64,000 nucleotides of DNA from Acidobacteriota bacterium (lineage in GTDB: Bacteria; Acidobacteriota; UBA6911), in contig OY761556.1 of assembly GCA_963664705.1 (NCBI GenBank), forward strand, positions 3,200,001 through 3,264,000, read 5' to 3'. The notes beneath the pieces were generated by a model. The model was not told where the DNA came from and did no database searches. It saw nothing but the letters and a program-made list of their open reading frames with translations. Below are positions 62,074-64,000 of the stretch, in pieces. The position numbers were made by a program, and so were the translations under genes. Each line of letters begins with the position of its first letter. The first letter of the stretch is position 1.

Positions 62074-62343
62074 ATGAGCATCACGGTTCGGATTCCTTCG
62101 CCGCTTCGGCAATATACGGAATTGAAGTCAGAAATAGAGCTGGAGGGAAAGACGGTAGCGGAGGTGTTGGAGAGTTTTAAGGCTCGCTTCCCCGACGCCA
62201 GCAGCCGGTTCTTCTCGCCCAAAACCGCGCACTACATGAATCTTTATCTGAATGACAAGGATATCCGCACTTTGTCCAACCGTGAAACGCCGGTAGCAGA
62301 CAAAGATGTCCTCTCGATCGTGTTTGCGATTGCAGGGGGCTAA
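62074..62343 (+). CDS. MoaD/ThiS/CysO-family ubiquitin-like sulfur carrier
   Basis: VRIPSPLR..GKTVAEVL..NLYLNDKDIR..AIAGG C-terminal di-Gly; AGGAGG RBS. Confidence 0.92.
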   Translation: MSITVRIPSPLRQYTELKSEIELEGKTVAEVLESFKARFPDASSRFFSPKTAHYMNLYLNDKDIRTLSNRETPVADKDVLSIVFAIAGG

Positions 62344-63283
62344 GGCCAAATTACGAATTACGAATTACGAATTACGAATGACGAATGAAGCAAATTCTAT
62401 TGCCGGACATTCGTCATTCGTAATTCGTAATTCGTAATTATTCGCTGAGGGCCCAGGCGATGGCGGCTTCGGCAAGGATCCTTGTGGTATCGATATAACC
62501 GCTTCCGCCCCGGCCTTGACCTCCCCTATAAAGGATATCCGCACTTTGTCCAACCGTGAAACGCCGGTAGCAGACAAAGATGTTCTTTCGATCGTGTTTG
62601 CGATTGCAGCGGGCTAAGGCTAAATTACGAATTACGAATGACGAATGAAGCAAATTCTATTGCCGGACATTCGTCATTCGTAATTCGTCATTCGTAATTA
62701 TTCGCTGAGGGCCTAGGCGATGGCGGCTTCGCCGAGTATCCTTGTGGTATCGATATAACCGCTTCCGCGCCTGCCTTGACCTCCCCTACAAAGGAATATC
62801 CGCACTTTGTCCAACCGTGAAACGCCGGTGGCAGACAAGGATGTCCTTTTGATCGTGTTTGCGATTGCAGGAGGCTAATGCCAAATTACGAATTACGAAT
62901 GACGAATGAAGCAAATTCTATTGCCGGACATTCGTCATTCGTAATTCGTCATTCGTAATTATTCGCTGAGGGCCCAGGCGATGGCGGCTTCGACAAGTAT
63001 CCTTGTGGTATCGATATAACCGCTTCCGCCCCGGCCTTGACCTCCCCTATAAAGGATATCCGCACTTTGTCCAACCGTGAAACGCCGGTAGCAGACAAAG
63101 ATGTCCTTTCGATCGTGTTTGCGATTGCAGCGGGCTAAGGCCAAATTACGAATTACGAATGACGAATGACGAATGAAGCAAATTCTATTGCCGGACATTC
63201 GTCATTCGTAATTCGTCATTCGTAATTATTCGCTGAGGGCCCAGGCGATGGCGGCTTCGGCAAGTATCCTTGTGGTATCGATA
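62257..63283. repeat. Tandem array of 4 copies (periods 274/260/261 bp): MoaD 3' end, heptamer palindrome, racemase 3' end
   Basis: Units start at 62257, 62531, 62791 and 63052 with AAGGA(A)TATCCGCACTTTGTCCAACCG. Confidence 0.95.
62349..62439. repeat. Heptamer (AATTACG/AATGACG)n inverted repeat, 32-bp perfect stem with 20-nt loop; recurs in each array unit
   Basis: 62356-62387 is the exact reverse complement of 62408-62439. Confidence 0.9.
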
Positions 63284-63948
63284 CTGAAGTAGCCCACCTC
63301 GTTAGGCTCAAAAGCCAATGGAACTTCCGTACACCCCAATATAACCGCTTCCGCACCTGCCTCTATCAGCCGGCGGCCGCACGATTGAAATGTTTCGCGG
63401 GTCAGCCGATTCTGCTCCCCGGCCTTAACCTGCCCTATCGCAGCATGGATCTTCTGCTGTTCGGCCTCCGATGGGATCAGCACCTCAATCCCATCCCTGG
63501 CAAAAGCGCGATGATAGATACCGCTATGCACGGTCCCCAGGGCGGCAATCAGGCCGACCTTGGTTGCATGCGGAAGAGTCCGGCGAACTTCCCGGCACGT
63601 TTCCTCTATCATATCCAGAAACGGAACAGTCACCTCGCGTTGAAGCTGCGGAAGAAAATAGTGGGCGGCATTGCATGGCATGGCAATAATCCCGGCGCCC
63701 GCTTTCTCAAGTACCCTTGCCCCTTCAATCATATATGGCAAAGGACTCTCTCCCCCTGCCGCGATGGCTTCCGTTCGATCCGGAATTTTGGGGTTTGAGT
63801 AAATAAGGACAGGGATGTGATCCTGGTCCTTAATTGCCGGAGTGAGATTAATAATATGTCGGTACAGGTCCAGAGTAGCTTCCGGCCCCATCCCTCCCAA
63901 AATTCCGACCATTCGGCCGGGAACAACGGCTTTCATAACATCTGACAT
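63226..63948 (-). CDS. Aspartate/glutamate racemase family protein
   Basis: GILGGMGPEAT, PCNAAH and LGCTE catalytic cysteines, IDTT. Confidence 0.92.
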   Translation of the reverse strand: MSDVMKAVVPGRMVGILGGMGPEATLDLYRHIINLTPAIKDQDHIPVLIYSNPKIPDRTEAIAAGGESPLPYMIEGARVLEKAGAGIIAMPCNAAHYFLPQLQREVTVPFLDMIEETCREVRRTLPHATKVGLIAALGTVHSGIYHRAFARDGIEVLIPSEAEQQKIHAAIGQVKAGEQNRLTRETFQSCGRRLIEAGAEAVILGCTEVPLAFEPNEVGYFSIDTTRILAEAAIAWALSE

Positions 63949-64000
63949 TTCATGATTATAGGACTGCCCGGCTCCGATTGCCAAAAAAGCATTTCAACCC

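Noticed and set aside
62365-63198. Short ORFs of 70-79 aa within the array
   Set aside because: Chimeric readings of duplicated gene ends and heptamers (SSFVIRN); no RBS
62257-63283. Array as CRISPR or as a DGR template/variable repeat
   Set aside because: Spacers are near-identical gene fragments rather than unique sequences, the units are far longer than CRISPR repeats, differences are not adenine-specific, and no cas or reverse transcriptase gene is in the window

Overview
Bacterial chromosomal window, moderately GC-rich. Two VWA-domain secreted proteins, a carboxypeptidase-regulatory-domain TonB-dependent receptor and lpxB point to a Gram-negative Acidobacteriota-like host (inference). 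From left to right: cysK (5'-truncated) and cysE, a SAM-I riboswitch, and a Cys/Met gamma-lyase/synthase; a homogentisate (Tyr/Phe) catabolic operon with no maiA but an uncharacterised gene in its place; a pectin/hemicellulose esterase and hydrolase cluster (CE15, 2 SGNH, CE8, GH28, alpha/beta esterase); a 10-gene chemosensory operon behind a sigma28-like promoter, carrying a minimal CheR, an MBL hydrolase and a giant 1842-aa sensorless poly-HAMP receptor; two transporters; a hybrid kinase with a frameshifted 5' end; an mnmA-lpxB-pseudo-M1-peptidase-ICMT operon; a two-component/sigma54 system positioned to drive an ECF sigma factor; and a 4-copy ~260-bp tandem array built from the 3' ends of two convergent genes (MoaD/ThiS carrier and Asp/Glu racemase) around a heptamer-repeat palindrome. 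I saw no tRNA, rRNA, CRISPR array or transposase. All calls come from motif recognition; no database searches were run.
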